The notes below the pieces were generated by a model that searched no databases, was not told where the DNA came from, and was given only the letters and a program-made list of their open reading frames with translations. DNA of 64,000 bases. It comes from a candidate division FCPU426 bacterium (GTDB lineage: Bacteria; Oederibacteriota; JAAXVQ01; JAUVAV01). Position 1 is the first letter of the stretch. Every line of letters starts with the position of its first letter. The translations under genes were made by a program, and so were the position numbers. This document shows, piece by piece, positions 1-12,500 of the stretch. The DNA lies in NCBI GenBank assembly GCA_030637655.1, contig DAOWGI010000002.1, forward strand, positions 32,001-96,000, written 5' to 3'.

Positions 1-3000
1 TTAACGGTTGATTATCTTAATACCACACAGCTTCACCAAAAATTTTTTATCCGTCTAATTGATTTATTAATTATTAGATACTTTGAGCGGAATTTTTACT
101 GGTTCTTTTCTTCCCTGCAATTGATCGGTGTATTTGAACTGGAGGCCAAAGCAGAGGAGCCGGCGCTCTTTCAGAGCGAACACACCCGGTATACCATTTT
201 CTATGACCGCCTCCCCCGCATCTTCACAGAGCCAGCTGAAGTCTTTGCAGAAGTGTATGGCTGGGGCAATGCAAATTATGATCCGCAAAAATTATTAAAT
301 AATTTGGGTCTGTTTTTCCAATCTTTTGGCGGGCAATACCGACTGGGAAGACTTATCCGTAAAGCGGAAGAACAGTTTTTGGCCAGGCAAGTGCCGGAAG
401 CAGATGCTGATCCCATGCCCATGATGTCCATGAGTCTGTTACAGGGATTGGCTTGGGATGATTTGGATGTGGGATTGAATTTCTTTGGCCTTCGGTCTTC
501 TGCGCCCGGAGGAAATGACGGGGGTTTAGGCTTAGTACCGTATATAAAAGGAACTCCGGAAATTAGTTTTCAATTAATGGAGAATCTGTTTTTGGAAATT
601 GAGACCACGTTGGATATTCAAGGTGGCCTCGCCCTGTTTTTAAGACCAGGACAAGGTTTGCAACTTAAGTCCGGGTTGCTGGGTCAGGGTACCGGAAGTG
701 CATTGGCGAGCGGTAAACTGATGTTTGAAATTCGTCTGGGATCTGATGAGAGTGAGCCTGTGGGATTATTGGGTATTCCGGGTGGTTCAGGACTCTATGC
801 TCAAAAACTATTTATGAAATCGGGTGCTGGTGTCAGTGACTCGCGGGATTTGGATATTATTATTGAAGGCGGGATTGCCGGTGGAAAAATAATTTTAACT
901 GCCGGTGAAGGCGATGGATTCCTGCAAAAAGTTCTTCCCGGCGATCCCATGGAAATAGAATTTGATCTAACCATAGGCGTTTCCAGCCAAAAAGGTTTTT
1001 ATATCAAAGGCGGGGCCGGGCTAGCGTATACATTTCATATTAATAAGCAGATTGGGCCTATACTAATTAATTCTATTGATCTGGGTTTAAAGGCTCAGGA
1101 GCAAAATTTGAAACTATCTACCGGCCTAACCGGCGGAGTGGAACTGGGTCCCTTGACCGCGGTGGTACAGAACATGGGAATGACCGCGACCTTTACTTTT
1201 GGTGAATCCGGAAATCTGGGTAATGCAGACCTCTCCCTGGGCTTCAAACCCCCGGATGGTATAGGTCTATCTATTGACGCAGAGGGCATTACAGGCGGAG
1301 GATTTTTATCATTTGATTTTGAGAACGAGCGCTATGCCGGTGCTTTAGAACTCTCTTTTCAGGATTCTTTCTCCTTGTCTGCGGTTGGTCTGATAACCAC
1401 CCGCATGCCGGATGGCTCTAAAGGTTTCTCTCTGCTGATTATTATTACCGCGGAATTTGCTACGCCCATTGCCTTGGGTATGAATTTTTATCTGGCCGGC
1501 GTGGGCGGTCTGCTCGGTTTGCACCGCAGTGTCCACGTAGACAACCTGCGGGCCGGCGTGAAATCAAATGCCCTGGATAATATTCTTTTTCCGACTGATG
1601 TCGTAAAAAACATCACCAATATTATCAGTGACCTGCGCGCTATCTTTCCTCCGACCAAAGACCAATTTATTATCGGTCCCATGATTCTCATTACTTGGAG
1701 CACTCCGCCGCTGATCCGTGGGGAGCTCGGTCTGCTAATTGAATTTGTCAATCCACTACGCGTGGCGATACTCGGTGTGATCAAGGCCTGCATTCCGACG
1801 GAAGAAGAGGCACTGGTGAAGATTCAGGTCAATTTCCTGGGTCTGATTGATTTTGAAGCCGGGTATCTCTCTTTTGATGCCACCATTTATGATTCCTATA
1901 TTGGCTATAAAAGCCTGAAGTTCAGTCTGGCCGGGGATATGGCCCTGAGAATCAGCTGGGGAGAGAAGAAGGACTTTGTCTTGAGTGTGGGCGGGTTTCA
2001 TCCAGCGTTCAGTCCTCCTGCCTATCTAAAATTGTTCGGCATGAAGCGCCTTACCATCAGCCTGCTCAAGGATAATCCCAAACTCACGTTGACTACCTAC
2101 TTCGCGATCACCAGCAACACCGTGCAGTTTGGATCAGAGCTGGATTTTTATTTTAAAATTTCCAAATTCAAGGTGATTGGATATTTTGGGTTTGACGTCT
2201 TGTTTCAATTTTCGCCCTTTAAATTCATTGCTGAGATCCGGGCCGGCTTGGCTGTGAAACTTGGCAGCTCGACCTTGTTCGGAATAGAATTGAAATTCGA
2301 GTTATCCGGTCCGACTCCCTGGCGCGCCAAAGGCACGGGCAAATTCAAAATTCTTTTTATATCGTTTAAGGTCAAATTCGATAAAACCTTTGGCGAAAAA
2401 AAATCCCTGCCCCTGCCCGGCATTGAGGTTCTGCCCCTGGTCATGGAGGCTCTGGAGAATCATGAGAATTGGGAAGGCAGCATACCAGCCAATAAGTTTC
2501 TGCTGGTGAGTCTGGGCAAAGCAGTGGTCTCAGAGGGTGAGGTACTCATGCATGCGCACGGGACCCTGACCATTCATCAAAACATTCTGCCCCTGAATAC
2601 CATAATAGATTTATTCGGCAACTATGTTCCCCAAGATCTCAAAAAGCTCGTCATCGAAGAGATCCGGATAAGTGATGAGCAGGTAGATATTGATCCGGTG
2701 AAAGACATGTTTGCGCCGGCTACGTATAAAAATATGGAAGATAATGATAAATTGAGATCAGCTTCCTATGTAAAGATGGAAAACGGCGTGCAAGCCAAAG
2801 GTGGAGATGACCTCTTTGGCAGTTACAGCACGATCCGCGAGGTAGAGTATGAGCTGATTGTTTCCGACTACTCGCCCGCAGATGAGAACGATGAAACCAT
2901 TTGTGCGCCGGTTCATGTAGGACGAATCAGCGGGAAGAAAAATCTCTTCGAACCCTATATCCAAGGCGGCGCGGTGGGACAGAACGTGTTGTCGCAGAGG

Positions 3001-3225
3001 CTGGCCCGTAAAAACATCCAACTGGATGAGAAGAAGATCATCCTGGGCGAGGAAGAGTACTTAATCGTAAACTCCGGAACCTTGCAGCCCTATCAGGGGG
3101 ATCAAGGTGTGGTTTTGGGGAATAAAACCGAGGTGGTCGAGGCGCTCAAAGCCATCCTGTCTAAACATCCGGAGAAAACCGAGGAGCTGCAGGTTGTGGC
3201 TTCCTATCAAGCAGCAGAGGAATAG
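1..3225 (+). CDS. DUF6603-like large beta-strand-rich protein, 5'-truncated by the window edge (operon gene A)
   Basis: Frame 1 is open from base 1 (LTVDYLNTTQLHQKFFIRLIDLL...), so the real start lies upstream. Gly/aromatic-rich alternating beta segments include GGGFLSFD..RYAGALEL, SVGGFHPAF, YFAITSNTVQFG, GFDVLFQFSPF and LSGPTPWRAKG, which I recognise from DUF6603 proteins. Confidence 0.75.
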   Translation, partial: LTVDYLNTTQLHQKFFIRLIDLLIIRYFERNFYWFFSSLQLIGVFELEAKAEEPALFQSEHTRYTIFYDRLPRIFTEPAEVFAEVYGWGNANYDPQKLLNNLGLFFQSFGGQYRLGRLIRKAEEQFLARQVPEADADPMPMMSMSLLQGLAWDDLDVGLNFFGLRSSAPGGNDGGLGLVPYIKGTPEISFQLMENLFLEIETTLDIQGGLALFLRPGQGLQLKSGLLGQGTGSALASGKLMFEIRLGSDESEPVGLLGIPGGSGLYAQKLFMKSGAGVSDSRDLDIIIEGGIAGGKIILTAGEGDGFLQKVLPGDPMEIEFDLTIGVSSQKGFYIKGGAGLAYTFHINKQIGPILINSIDLGLKAQEQNLKLSTGLTGGVELGPLTAVVQNMGMTATFTFGESGNLGNADLSLGFKPPDGIGLSIDAEGITGGGFLSFDFENERYAGALELSFQDSFSLSAVGLITTRMPDGSKGFSLLIIITAEFATPIALGMNFYLAGVGGLLGLHRSVHVDNLRAGVKSNALDNILFPTDVVKNITNIISDLRAIFPPTKDQFIIGPMILITWSTPPLIRGELGLLIEFVNPLRVAILGVIKACIPTEEEALVKIQVNFLGLIDFEAGYLSFDATIYDSYIGYKSLKFSLAGDMALRISWGEKKDFVLSVGGFHPAFSPPAYLKLFGMKRLTISLLKDNPKLTLTTYFAITSNTVQFGSELDFYFKISKFKVIGYFGFDVLFQFSPFKFIAEIRAGLAVKLGSSTLFGIELKFELSGPTPWRAKGTGKFKILFISFKVKFDKTFGEKKSLPLPGIEVLPLVMEALENHENWEGSIPANKFLLVSLGKAVVSEGEVLMHAHGTLTIHQNILPLNTIIDLFGNYVPQDLKKLVIEEIRISDEQVDIDPVKDMFAPATYKNMEDNDKLRSASYVKMENGVQAKGGDDLFGSYSTIREVEYELIVSDYSPADENDETICAPVHVGRISGKKNLFEPYIQGGAVGQNVLSQRLARKNIQLDEKKIILGEEEYLIVNSGTLQPYQGDQGVVLGNKTEVVEALKAILSKHPEKTEELQVVASYQAAEE

Positions 3226-3228
3226 TCT

Positions 3229-6200
3229 ATGAGTGAACCGGCCCGATATACTTTTATGCCCTGGTTGCGACAGGGAATAGCTGCCAAGATCCGTGAGAAA
3301 GATGTCTTAGGTGGGCAGTTGCCTGGTAATGCGTCCAGACTACGAGCTTCCTTGCCTGTGACTCTAAAGCTGAAGGACACGAATATAAAAGATGGCAGCA
3401 CAGATACAACACTGATGGAAAAGGATATCAAGATTATAGGTCCAGGCGATATTGTGGGCATCCATAAAGACGCGATTGTGCGTACTGAACCCAAAAAAAA
3501 CGAGGTCAAATTTGAGGCCAATTGTCTGGCCTATATAGAATTTTATGAGGAAGATTTTATCTGGCGTTACACACCTGCCAGTCCGGAAATATCAGGCAGT
3601 CAAGCGCACAAACTGCGCCCCTGGCTGGCCCTGATCATCTTAACGGAAGATGAGTTTACTTATCAAACCAATCTGGAAGGATTGTCCTTTATCACGGTCC
3701 AAGATGGCAAGCTGGATACAGTTTTTCCTCCGCACACTCAAACCTGGGCCTGGGCGCATGTGCAGGTGAACCAGGAACTCACGCAACCGGCGGGGAGCGA
3801 GGCCTTGATTGAAGAATTATCCTCCTTGCTCATGCAAAATCCGGATGCAGCGGTCTGCCGTCTGCTCTGTCCACGAAAAATGAAAAAAGAGACAGCGTAT
3901 CACGCTTTTTTGGTCCCGGCTTTTGAGACCGGACGTCTGGCTGGTTTGGGGGAACCTATACCTGATATAGCGGCACAAGAACCTGCCTGGAAGACCGGGG
4001 AAGCGCCGGCTGCGGGTAAAAAACGGCCTTATGATTTTCCGGTTTATCATGAGTGGAAATTCAAGACCGGATTGTATGGTGATTTCGAGAGTCTGGTTTC
4101 AATACTGAAATCGAATCCTTTGGATCCTGAGCTTGGCAAGAGACCGATGGATATTCAGAAACCAGGATACGGGCTCAATGAAAATGTCAGCCCTGCTTTG
4201 AATTCGGTTAATTTAGGTCTGGAAGGCTCCATCAAACCGCCGGATTTCGTGAGTGACCCTTGGCCGCATGGATCGGGTGATGACAAATACCAGCAGCAGC
4301 TCAGGGATATTTTGAATGTTCCGGAAAATATGCAGGCCGAGAGTTACGATCCTGAGGATCTTCCGGATAATCCTTTTTATAATGAACCCATACCCGATGA
4401 TCCGATCATTATGCCGCCGATTTACGGCAAGAACCAGGCTGCCATACGATGCCTGGGAGATGCGGGCAACCCCGCCTGGGTGGATGCGCTCAATGAGGAC
4501 CCGCGCACCCGCGCTGTTGCCGGCTTGGGCGCGCAGGTGGTACAGAAAAACCAGGACAAACTTATGGAATCAGCCTGGCAGCAGATCGGTGAAGTCAATG
4601 CGGCCAATCAAAAAATCCGTGAAGCCGAATTGAGCCGACAGGTGAATCGCGCACTTTTCAATAAGCATCTTAAAAACAGATCGAGCGATACGTTCCTGGC
4701 TGCCACTTCTGCGATGCACAAATCCTTGCTCCCGGATACAGGGACGGATGCCAAGACAGTACAGCATGCGATCGAGACAAGTCAGGTCCCTCCGGCTGCC
4801 AAGAGTGCCGGTTTTCGCCGGATCATCCGTCCTGGGAAAAAAAGCAACAGACGTATGAACGAGAGCAGCCAGAACGATATTCGTATTCATAAGCAGGTGA
4901 TACCGAATTTTAACCGTGAACGTGACGAGGCCACAGGTCAGGAACCTTTGACAGCTGCCCGACCCAAAGTGGTTCCGGACATGGTTTTAAATACAGAAGC
5001 CATTCACGAGGATATCAATCAGGCCTTGAATGATTTCCAGGAGCCCAAAAGTTTGGCGATGCATACGTTTTTAGAAATTTTAGCGGCCCTGCGGCAGCCT
5101 GCGCTGGATCGGCCCCAATTACTCCAGGCGCTTAGTGAGAGAGCGTTAGATAATGCTGCAGCCATTACCTATGTGGAACAGATGATCAACCAGGTTGAAA
5201 ATTACAGGGTAGATGAAGGTATTACTGAGGTGCGTTTGTCCAAAGTTTTGTTTAAAGAACTCTGCGGAGACTACATGACCGGAAAATCCCACGACTGGGT
5301 TTTGGTCTACCGGTCATTAGATAGCGGAGAAGAAGAACATGTCACTCGGATGATTACTCTGGAAGAATTACAGACGTATCAGGCGGTGTTTACTGATTTC
5401 TCAGGCATGATCCGGAGTACGCAGAGCTTGCCCCAGGTCTTGCCGCCTTTGGCGGTCCTGGATCAATTCTCCAACTCTCTGAAAAATAGTCTGGATCCGC
5501 TTTATACCATAACCAAACGGGTGACACATGCAATCAAGGTCTGGTCTCAAGCGCAGCAAAAATTTGTCCGCCTTCAGACGCTCAAACCAGTGATGGCGCA
5601 TCCCACCTTTCCTCAACCCATGTTTCATCATCTGAAAAAATTGTCCCAGGAATTTATTTTGCCCAATATGAACAAAATTCCTCAGAACACACTGCTGCTT
5701 TTGGAGAGCAATCAAAAATTTATTGAGGCGTATCTGGCAGGTGTAAACCATGAGATGGCCCGGGAACTTCTCTGGCGCGAGTATCCCACAGATCAGCGGG
5801 GCACATACTTTGAAAAGTTCTGGGACACCAAGGATAACATCGTCGCTTTGGACGAGTCGCAGAAAAAAGACATCCTTCCCATGCATAAATGGAAAACGGA
5901 TTTAGGTACACACTCACCGCGTTCAGGTAATTACCTGGTGCTGCTCATTCGCGGAGAATTGTTTCAGAAATACCCTAACACGATTGTGTATGCACAGCGC
6001 GCCGCGTTTGCTGCGGATCTCCAGGCTCCCCGTCAATTGGCTGAGACTGAGGATCTGACCAATACCTCGATTTACCGCTTTCCGGTGTTCCAGGGCAGTC
6101 TGGATACGGATGTGGTTTTGTTCGGGTTTGATCTGGATAAACACGAGGCCCGCGGCAACCGCGCGGACAATCCCGGCTGGTTCTTTATCTTAAAAGAACG

Positions 6201-6489
6201 TCCTGGTGAACTACGGTTCGGTATGGATGATGTGGCGATTGATAGGAGCACAGGTGAGATTGTATTTCCTGCGGATCCGGCAGGGTCCTGGAGCGATCTG
6301 AATTGGGCGCATCTCGTGAATGATGCAGCTGCCATGGACGCGCTTGGGCAGATAGATTTGCAGCAACCCATTCGATTGACAGGTAATCTTATCACTGAGT
6401 GGCAGAACGCGAACGCGGCCAATTTCGCGAGTATTTTATTTCAGAATCCAGTGATTTTTGCACGGCACGCGCAGGAGATGCTGCCGTAA
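3229..6489 (+). CDS. Conserved hypothetical protein, 1086 aa (operon gene B)
   Basis: Long ORF starting 3 nt after the gene A stop. Motif-like blocks: PWLRQG, GPGDIVG, EFYEEDFIWRYTP, LRPWLAL, HEMARELLWREYPTDQRGTYF, LLIRGELFQKYPN. No signal peptide seen. Confidence 0.85.
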   Translation: MSEPARYTFMPWLRQGIAAKIREKDVLGGQLPGNASRLRASLPVTLKLKDTNIKDGSTDTTLMEKDIKIIGPGDIVGIHKDAIVRTEPKKNEVKFEANCLAYIEFYEEDFIWRYTPASPEISGSQAHKLRPWLALIILTEDEFTYQTNLEGLSFITVQDGKLDTVFPPHTQTWAWAHVQVNQELTQPAGSEALIEELSSLLMQNPDAAVCRLLCPRKMKKETAYHAFLVPAFETGRLAGLGEPIPDIAAQEPAWKTGEAPAAGKKRPYDFPVYHEWKFKTGLYGDFESLVSILKSNPLDPELGKRPMDIQKPGYGLNENVSPALNSVNLGLEGSIKPPDFVSDPWPHGSGDDKYQQQLRDILNVPENMQAESYDPEDLPDNPFYNEPIPDDPIIMPPIYGKNQAAIRCLGDAGNPAWVDALNEDPRTRAVAGLGAQVVQKNQDKLMESAWQQIGEVNAANQKIREAELSRQVNRALFNKHLKNRSSDTFLAATSAMHKSLLPDTGTDAKTVQHAIETSQVPPAAKSAGFRRIIRPGKKSNRRMNESSQNDIRIHKQVIPNFNRERDEATGQEPLTAARPKVVPDMVLNTEAIHEDINQALNDFQEPKSLAMHTFLEILAALRQPALDRPQLLQALSERALDNAAAITYVEQMINQVENYRVDEGITEVRLSKVLFKELCGDYMTGKSHDWVLVYRSLDSGEEEHVTRMITLEELQTYQAVFTDFSGMIRSTQSLPQVLPPLAVLDQFSNSLKNSLDPLYTITKRVTHAIKVWSQAQQKFVRLQTLKPVMAHPTFPQPMFHHLKKLSQEFILPNMNKIPQNTLLLLESNQKFIEAYLAGVNHEMARELLWREYPTDQRGTYFEKFWDTKDNIVALDESQKKDILPMHKWKTDLGTHSPRSGNYLVLLIRGELFQKYPNTIVYAQRAAFAADLQAPRQLAETEDLTNTSIYRFPVFQGSLDTDVVLFGFDLDKHEARGNRADNPGWFFILKERPGELRFGMDDVAIDRSTGEIVFPADPAGSWSDLNWAHLVNDAAAMDALGQIDLQQPIRLTGNLITEWQNANAANFASILFQNPVIFARHAQEMLP

Positions 6490-6492
6490 AAA

Positions 6493-6526
6493 TAATAGGG
6501 GGCGATCCGGTGGGTTGTCCTTATTA
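6493..6526. repeat. Degenerate REP-like hairpin between genes B and C
   Basis: TAATAGGGGGCGATCC-GGTG-GGTTGTCCTTATTA is an imperfect stem resembling the GTAGGGGCGACC..GGTCGCCC palindrome at 47032. Confidence 0.4.
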
Positions 6527-6533
6527 AGGCAGG

Positions 6534-9500
6534 GTGGATATGTTACCGGATATTCAAGCAGCAGAGTATATAGATCCTCAATTACAGGATATTATCAACA
6601 ACATTCACAGCAAAGATGACCGGATACCTTTTCTGCTATTACCTGTGCGTGTGGAAACCCGGTTTATGCAGGTTGACCGGCCACTCAACCAGAGCTGGCA
6701 TGGGATGGATCGCGTGCTGCCCGATTTGGTTGAAGCCAACGATCAATTGAGCCTTTTTGGGAGTCAATCCGGCCGGCCTTTTTCCGGTACCTTGAAGCAA
6801 CTCAAAGCCTTGGATAATAAGTTTAAACGCGCGATCAGCAGTTTGAAAAAAGCTGGAGAGATACCCGCGCAAGCACAGGTTTGGCTGAAACAACAGACGC
6901 AAACACTTCAGACCCAATCACAACGTCTTATGCAAAAACTGAATCAAATGCGGCCCTCCCGGGCAGAGGATCGCACGGCTCTAAAAAAACAGAAAGATGT
7001 ACTGGCGGCAAGATTGAGTGTCCTGAAAGATATCGCGAAAGAACAATTACGTCCGGAGAGGGCAAAAGCCGAAGGCGCCGGAATCATCCTGCAGAGTATT
7101 CAGGAGATCGTGACCAAGCTGGAAGCGGTCCGGGCGGAAAAACTGGATGGCCGGTCCAAACCTGAGCGCCGTCAACTTTATGATACATTAGACGGGACCA
7201 TAAAACACATTGAGCAAGCCTTAAAAAGTCTCGAGAGCAAATGGAAAGCTTCCTGGAGCGCGTCAACTGTCGAGATAAATCAATTAAAGTCAGCTTATCA
7301 AAAAATAATTAAGACTGTGGAGGCACTACCCGGAAAATTGACGCCGATGTATTCGCAGTTTAAACGCAACGAATATCAGGAAAAATTTAAGGTCTTGAAG
7401 CAACGGTGTGTTGATCCCTTGCAGGAGCGCATTTTAAACCAATATATACCGGACATACAGCTTCAGCAGACTTTGAAAAAACGATCAACCAATGAGGTGT
7501 ATTACCAGACGCTGCAATTGGATTTGGTTATGCGTCGATTGAGTAAACAAGCGGTAAGCACTCTGGCGCAATACAGGAGTCTGGGTCAACAGCTGCTCTT
7601 GGAAGTAAGGAAAATAGGAAAAACCTTGGACCGTGTTATCATCGGCCATAAGGCGGAGTATCACCTGCTTCGTAAAACCTGGGATTCTACCCGGCAAGTA
7701 CTGGGAACGATGTTAAAGAGCGTTAAGGTCTTTCATAAACAGAGTACTGGAGCGATACCCGCAAAAGATCAAAAACAATGGCAGGAAATCCAGAGGTGGT
7801 ATATACGCCTAAAAACTCTGGCTGCTCAGGAGCTTCCTCGTGGGGCATGTATTTCCCGTCAAGCTGTTATTCGCAGCGCGCGAGTGTTTACTGAGGTCAA
7901 AGAACAATTGGATAAGCTAAATACCCAACTTAAAACAGTGCAGGAGAACAGTTCGGCAAGTCACAAGTCAAGAATTGGGGTGCTGGAAAAATATCTCGCA
8001 ATATCCCCACGTTTGCAGGCCTATGGTCGTCAGCTGACCGTTTTGCCTAAGCAGCAGCTTGGTCAGTTGAAAAAGACGCATCAGCAGATCCAGACCATGG
8101 CTAGAGAAAGCATCCAGACGTTAGCCGCGCGAAAAATTACCAATCCTGCCAAAAAAAAGGTTTGGCAAAAATTCGTTCAAACTGCGGAACAAACACAGAT
8201 CAACCTGGAGAAGATATTTTACGCGACAATAACAGACAGTCCTGTATATACAGGGGACATAAGACCCGAGGATGGACCGGGAGTTGTTTTTGAGGAAGCC
8301 ACACAAACGGTTGATGAATTATGGGTCCGGATTTATCCGGATGATGTCTTTGTCCATTCGCACGAGCCGGAACTTACCGCAGATGAGGTGGAAGCTGGAA
8401 AAACGTTTTGGCAGGAGACCTGGCTGGCCCAGGGTGATAGTGATCACCAGCTCGCTGCCTGGCGGACCTTGACCGCGAGCTTTGGCTCGCAACGCTCGGC
8501 CTGGATAGCCAAGCTTCTAAAACCCAAGCAGCTGACTCTGCCCCCTGAGAGGGAGAACCCCTTTAGAGTGCAGGACACAGTTCTAGAGGCACTAACGCAG
8601 GCCAACCAGGGTGTTGCTGAATATCTGCAGGCTGACCCTGCGGACGTAGAAGCAGGGGTGAATACCCTTGGCAAGGTATCTGATGCTTTTAAAGCCATGG
8701 AGGATGTATTTGCAGTGGGAGAGAGATGGCCTATCAGCATTTATCAGAAAATGGCCGGACAGCAGAAGCGCCTGCATGGCAAAATGATCGGTTTGAATAA
8801 ACATCTCCAGCGGGCAGCTATTCCAGATTCGGATCTTCGTGAACGGGCGGCACAAACATTAGGGAAGATAGGTGCGCAATACCATAAACTACAGAAACAA
8901 TTTGCTGCAGCTCAACCCATTTCCAATCAGGCTTGGTTTAATGAATACGCTCGGGAGGTTCTGCTTTTTCCTGAGGTGGCTGTTAAAGCGGAGACCTGGG
9001 CCCATGCGCCCCACACCAAAGTCCTGCCCGATCGGTTTGCTGTGCTTGCCTTGCAAGACGGAAATTTCCAGCACATTCAAGTAGGCCGGCTGATACCGAA
9101 TCCCCTCAACGTGGGTTTGAATCCGGAGAAGTTCAATCTGGATCTTTTTGCGTATGATGCAGAGGGTAACTTGAGCCTGGATGAGGATATTCAATGGATG
9201 ACGGATTTCGACCAGGCAGTACAAAAAGGTATGGGACTGATTCTCACCTTGAATACCGCGCAAGCAAATCAGGGGTTTGATAAGCTGCTGGTTCTGGGTG
9301 TGAAGGACAGCAGTGCCGCAGACGGTCAAGCTCGTTTGGAGGAGCTTCTTCAAAATCATCATTATGCTGACGAGGGTATGGCGTTTCTGCCGATTGGGAC
9401 ACCTACCAATAACACAGCCGAGGGAAAGGCCGGGTATTCCAGTTCTGACAGAACGGATGAGGAATCTTTTGCAGTGGAACGAAGAGGGGATTTGTTTTCT

Positions 9501-12500
9501 GTGCAAGAATCCGACCCCTGGCGCCAATCCGACGGCTTGCGTATGGCTGAGGCACTGGGTATCACGGCCGATGTTTTCCAGAATATTGAGAACAGCCAGA
9601 GAACTGAGATCAGTCAGGCCTTGGTTATGAATCACGCTTTGTGGCATGGGACACTCGGTTATTATATGGAGGATATTTTAGACACTTTTTTTGACCTGGA
9701 TACGATTCGCAGAATGCGAAGCTTCACCACTCAGTATGTGTGCGGCCGAGGCCGGCTGCCTTCTCTGCGAATCGGGAGTCAACCTTATGGAATACTGCCT
9801 GTCACAGCGTTTTCCAAAATAGCCATCACCCCGGGAAATGTTCTGCCGGAAATCACAGCAGCGGATGAGAACAATCCAACTCTGCACGAAGAGAAAAAAG
9901 CCCAGCGGTTTGCTATTCAATATTTCAAGCTGCTCGGGCTCATGCAAAATGAATGGATGCAGCAGGCCAAGACCCAGGTGAAGTGTTCTGACAACACTGA
10001 TCCTCAGGATCCCCAGCTGCATTTTATGACTATGCTGGGTTTGCACGCTTCTTCGGTAGAGACCTATCAGCGGTATAACCTGAACGTAGCTGACCGCCGG
10101 ACTAATCCGACATCCCAAGAGAGCTCGGTCAATTTTAATGAGGGAGATTATTTTGGGCCGTTCGCGTTCTGGGCGAAATTCAAGGATGTCTTGAACACTT
10201 CACCTGAAGCTGAAAGGGACTGGCATAATAAGATCAGGCAAGCACGATTGTACCGGTCACGTTACTTGCAGACCCATTCCTGGTTAAAAGGTCCGCGGGT
10301 AGATGATAAGACTCTCTCAGAGAAAGCAAGCCTGCAGCCTGTTGAATATGACGGCAAGAACCAAACCTATATCGATTGGCTTTTGGGATCACACCTCTAT
10401 GCTCTCTGGAATGATAATAATCTGGAGACATTACCCTCCAGGTCTTTGCTTTTCCTGCTGCTGCGTCAGTCCCTCTTGCTGGAGTACCGCGACGCGGCAC
10501 TCAATGTATTTCAGAAAGAAAAATTGATCGATGAGAATATTCGGAGTCTGATAGGAGATCCGGGCTACTATTTTACATACTCGCCTTTTAAAAAAGGGCC
10601 TACCTTCATTACCAAATGGTCCTGGCTCTTCCACGGCATACAGAAACTGGACGGATTGTATCGCAATGTATTTCCCGATAACGCTCCCTTAAAACTTCAT
10701 CTCGGCGAACACTCGTTAGCGGAATTTCTCTATGATTCAGAGCACAATTCACTTTTTAATTCATACGCGCATATGGGCCAACATCAGCCGGCTATTGAGA
10801 GCATCAACAAAATGCGTCGCGCGGTTTCCGTGTTGAATGGCGTGCCTACCGCTCAATTGGACCGGCTTTTTTCTGAGCAGCTGGACATATGCTCTTATCG
10901 TTTGGATGCTTGGATATTGAGTCTGGCAAACGAACGGCTTGGTCAATGTCGCGCTCAGCAGCCGCAGGGAATTTATCTGGGCGCTTTTGGATGGCTGGAG
11001 AATCTCCGGCCCGGTGGGGAACGGGAAGTAGCGCCTCGTGTCCCGGATTCCCTCCAACGCCCCGGTGAACCACTGGTTTATACAGATGCAGACAACCAGG
11101 GTTTTATTCATGCGCCCTCTCTAAGCCATGCTGTGACAGCCGCCATTTTAAGAAGCGGATATAAGAGCAATCAAGCCACGGATGATGTTGAGAACCAGTT
11201 GGCAGTCAACCTGTCTTCGCGGCGGGTACGCGCAGCCTTGTATCTGCTGGAAGGTGTTCGTCAAGGTCATGAAATCGCGGCTCTGTTAGGTTATCAGTTT
11301 GAGCGCGGACTGCATGAACGTTATACTTCCGCCGGCTTGGAATTGGATGCCTATATTTTTCCTTTGCGCCGCAGATTTCCGTCAGTCGGAACAGTGGATG
11401 AAAACTTAGCCCGGACTGACGCGCAGACCCAGGTTGTCGATGGGCAGGCCTTGTTACAGGCGGTGCGCCAGAGTATTGAAGATTTGGATTCCGGACAGGA
11501 TACACTCTTAAACATATTGGAATCACATCCGGAACGTTATCCCTTTGGAGTAGAAGAGTCCGGTACGAGCCTGCTGCCTCCGAATGGCACTCTGGAATTG
11601 CGAGCCATCTTTAAAGAGATAAACCGCATTGCCGACGCGTTTGACGCGTTGGGAGATCTGCTGCTCTCTGAGAGTGTCTATCAAGTCGCGCGCGGAAATC
11701 ATACCCGGGCCGCGGCAGTGGTAACCGCTCTCTCTGAAGGGCGTTATCCGCCGGATGTGCAAATCATGAAAACCCCGCGGGGTGGGATTGCGGTGACACA
11801 ACGTGTGGGCTTGTGTCTGGCACCGGTTGACGGCCAAACGCTCTCGATAGCTTCCGGACTGCCTGAAAGTACGGTTGCGGGAAACATAGAAAACGCAAAA
11901 CCTGCAGGCTGGGAAGAGGTGACATATAGCGTCAGGGCTTTAGCAGAACCTAGTTTAAATAAATGGCTGGGTGAAATGATAGGTGATCCGGACAAGGTCC
12001 GTTGTGTGGTTGAATATTCGGGTGAAGAGGGGACAGAGAGTATTCCGGTGACTCTGAAAGCTTTGGATATTCAACCCTTGGATTTGGTCCAGATGATGGG
12101 CGCCGGACTGGCTGAAGGGGGAAGCGAGCTGAATAACCGGATAGCTTACTGGGTCCGACAGCACAGGCAATTAACCGTAGCACAAGAGTTGAAAATATTT
12201 GTCCAGGAACGAAGTCAACGGCTCCTTCTGCCTGAGAGCAACGAATTACTGACTACCGGTATAAAGACTTTTTATGAGATCGCACCGCTCGTGACAAATC
12301 TCTGGGAAGTAACCCAAGGAAGTCGGCCTCTAGCTGCCGATGACGTGATGATCCCCGAAGAAGAGCCGGATGCGCCGGCTGATCCCACGCGGCAGAATTT
12401 GTCAGAATATGCTTTCCGCCTTAGGCAAGCCAAGGCGGCCATGGAGAAGACAGGGATAGATATCCTTAAATTTTTTAGACAGACAGAGGCTGTCCCGGAG

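Noticed and set aside
121-3225. ORF-track start at TTG 121 for gene A
   Set aside because: The frame is open back to base 1 and there is no SD before 121, so the gene starts outside the window.
8889-9647. Long antisense ORFs (8889-9647, 46089-46841, 57190-57795 and others)
   Set aside because: They are shadows of well-supported genes on the opposite strand and show no recognisable motifs.
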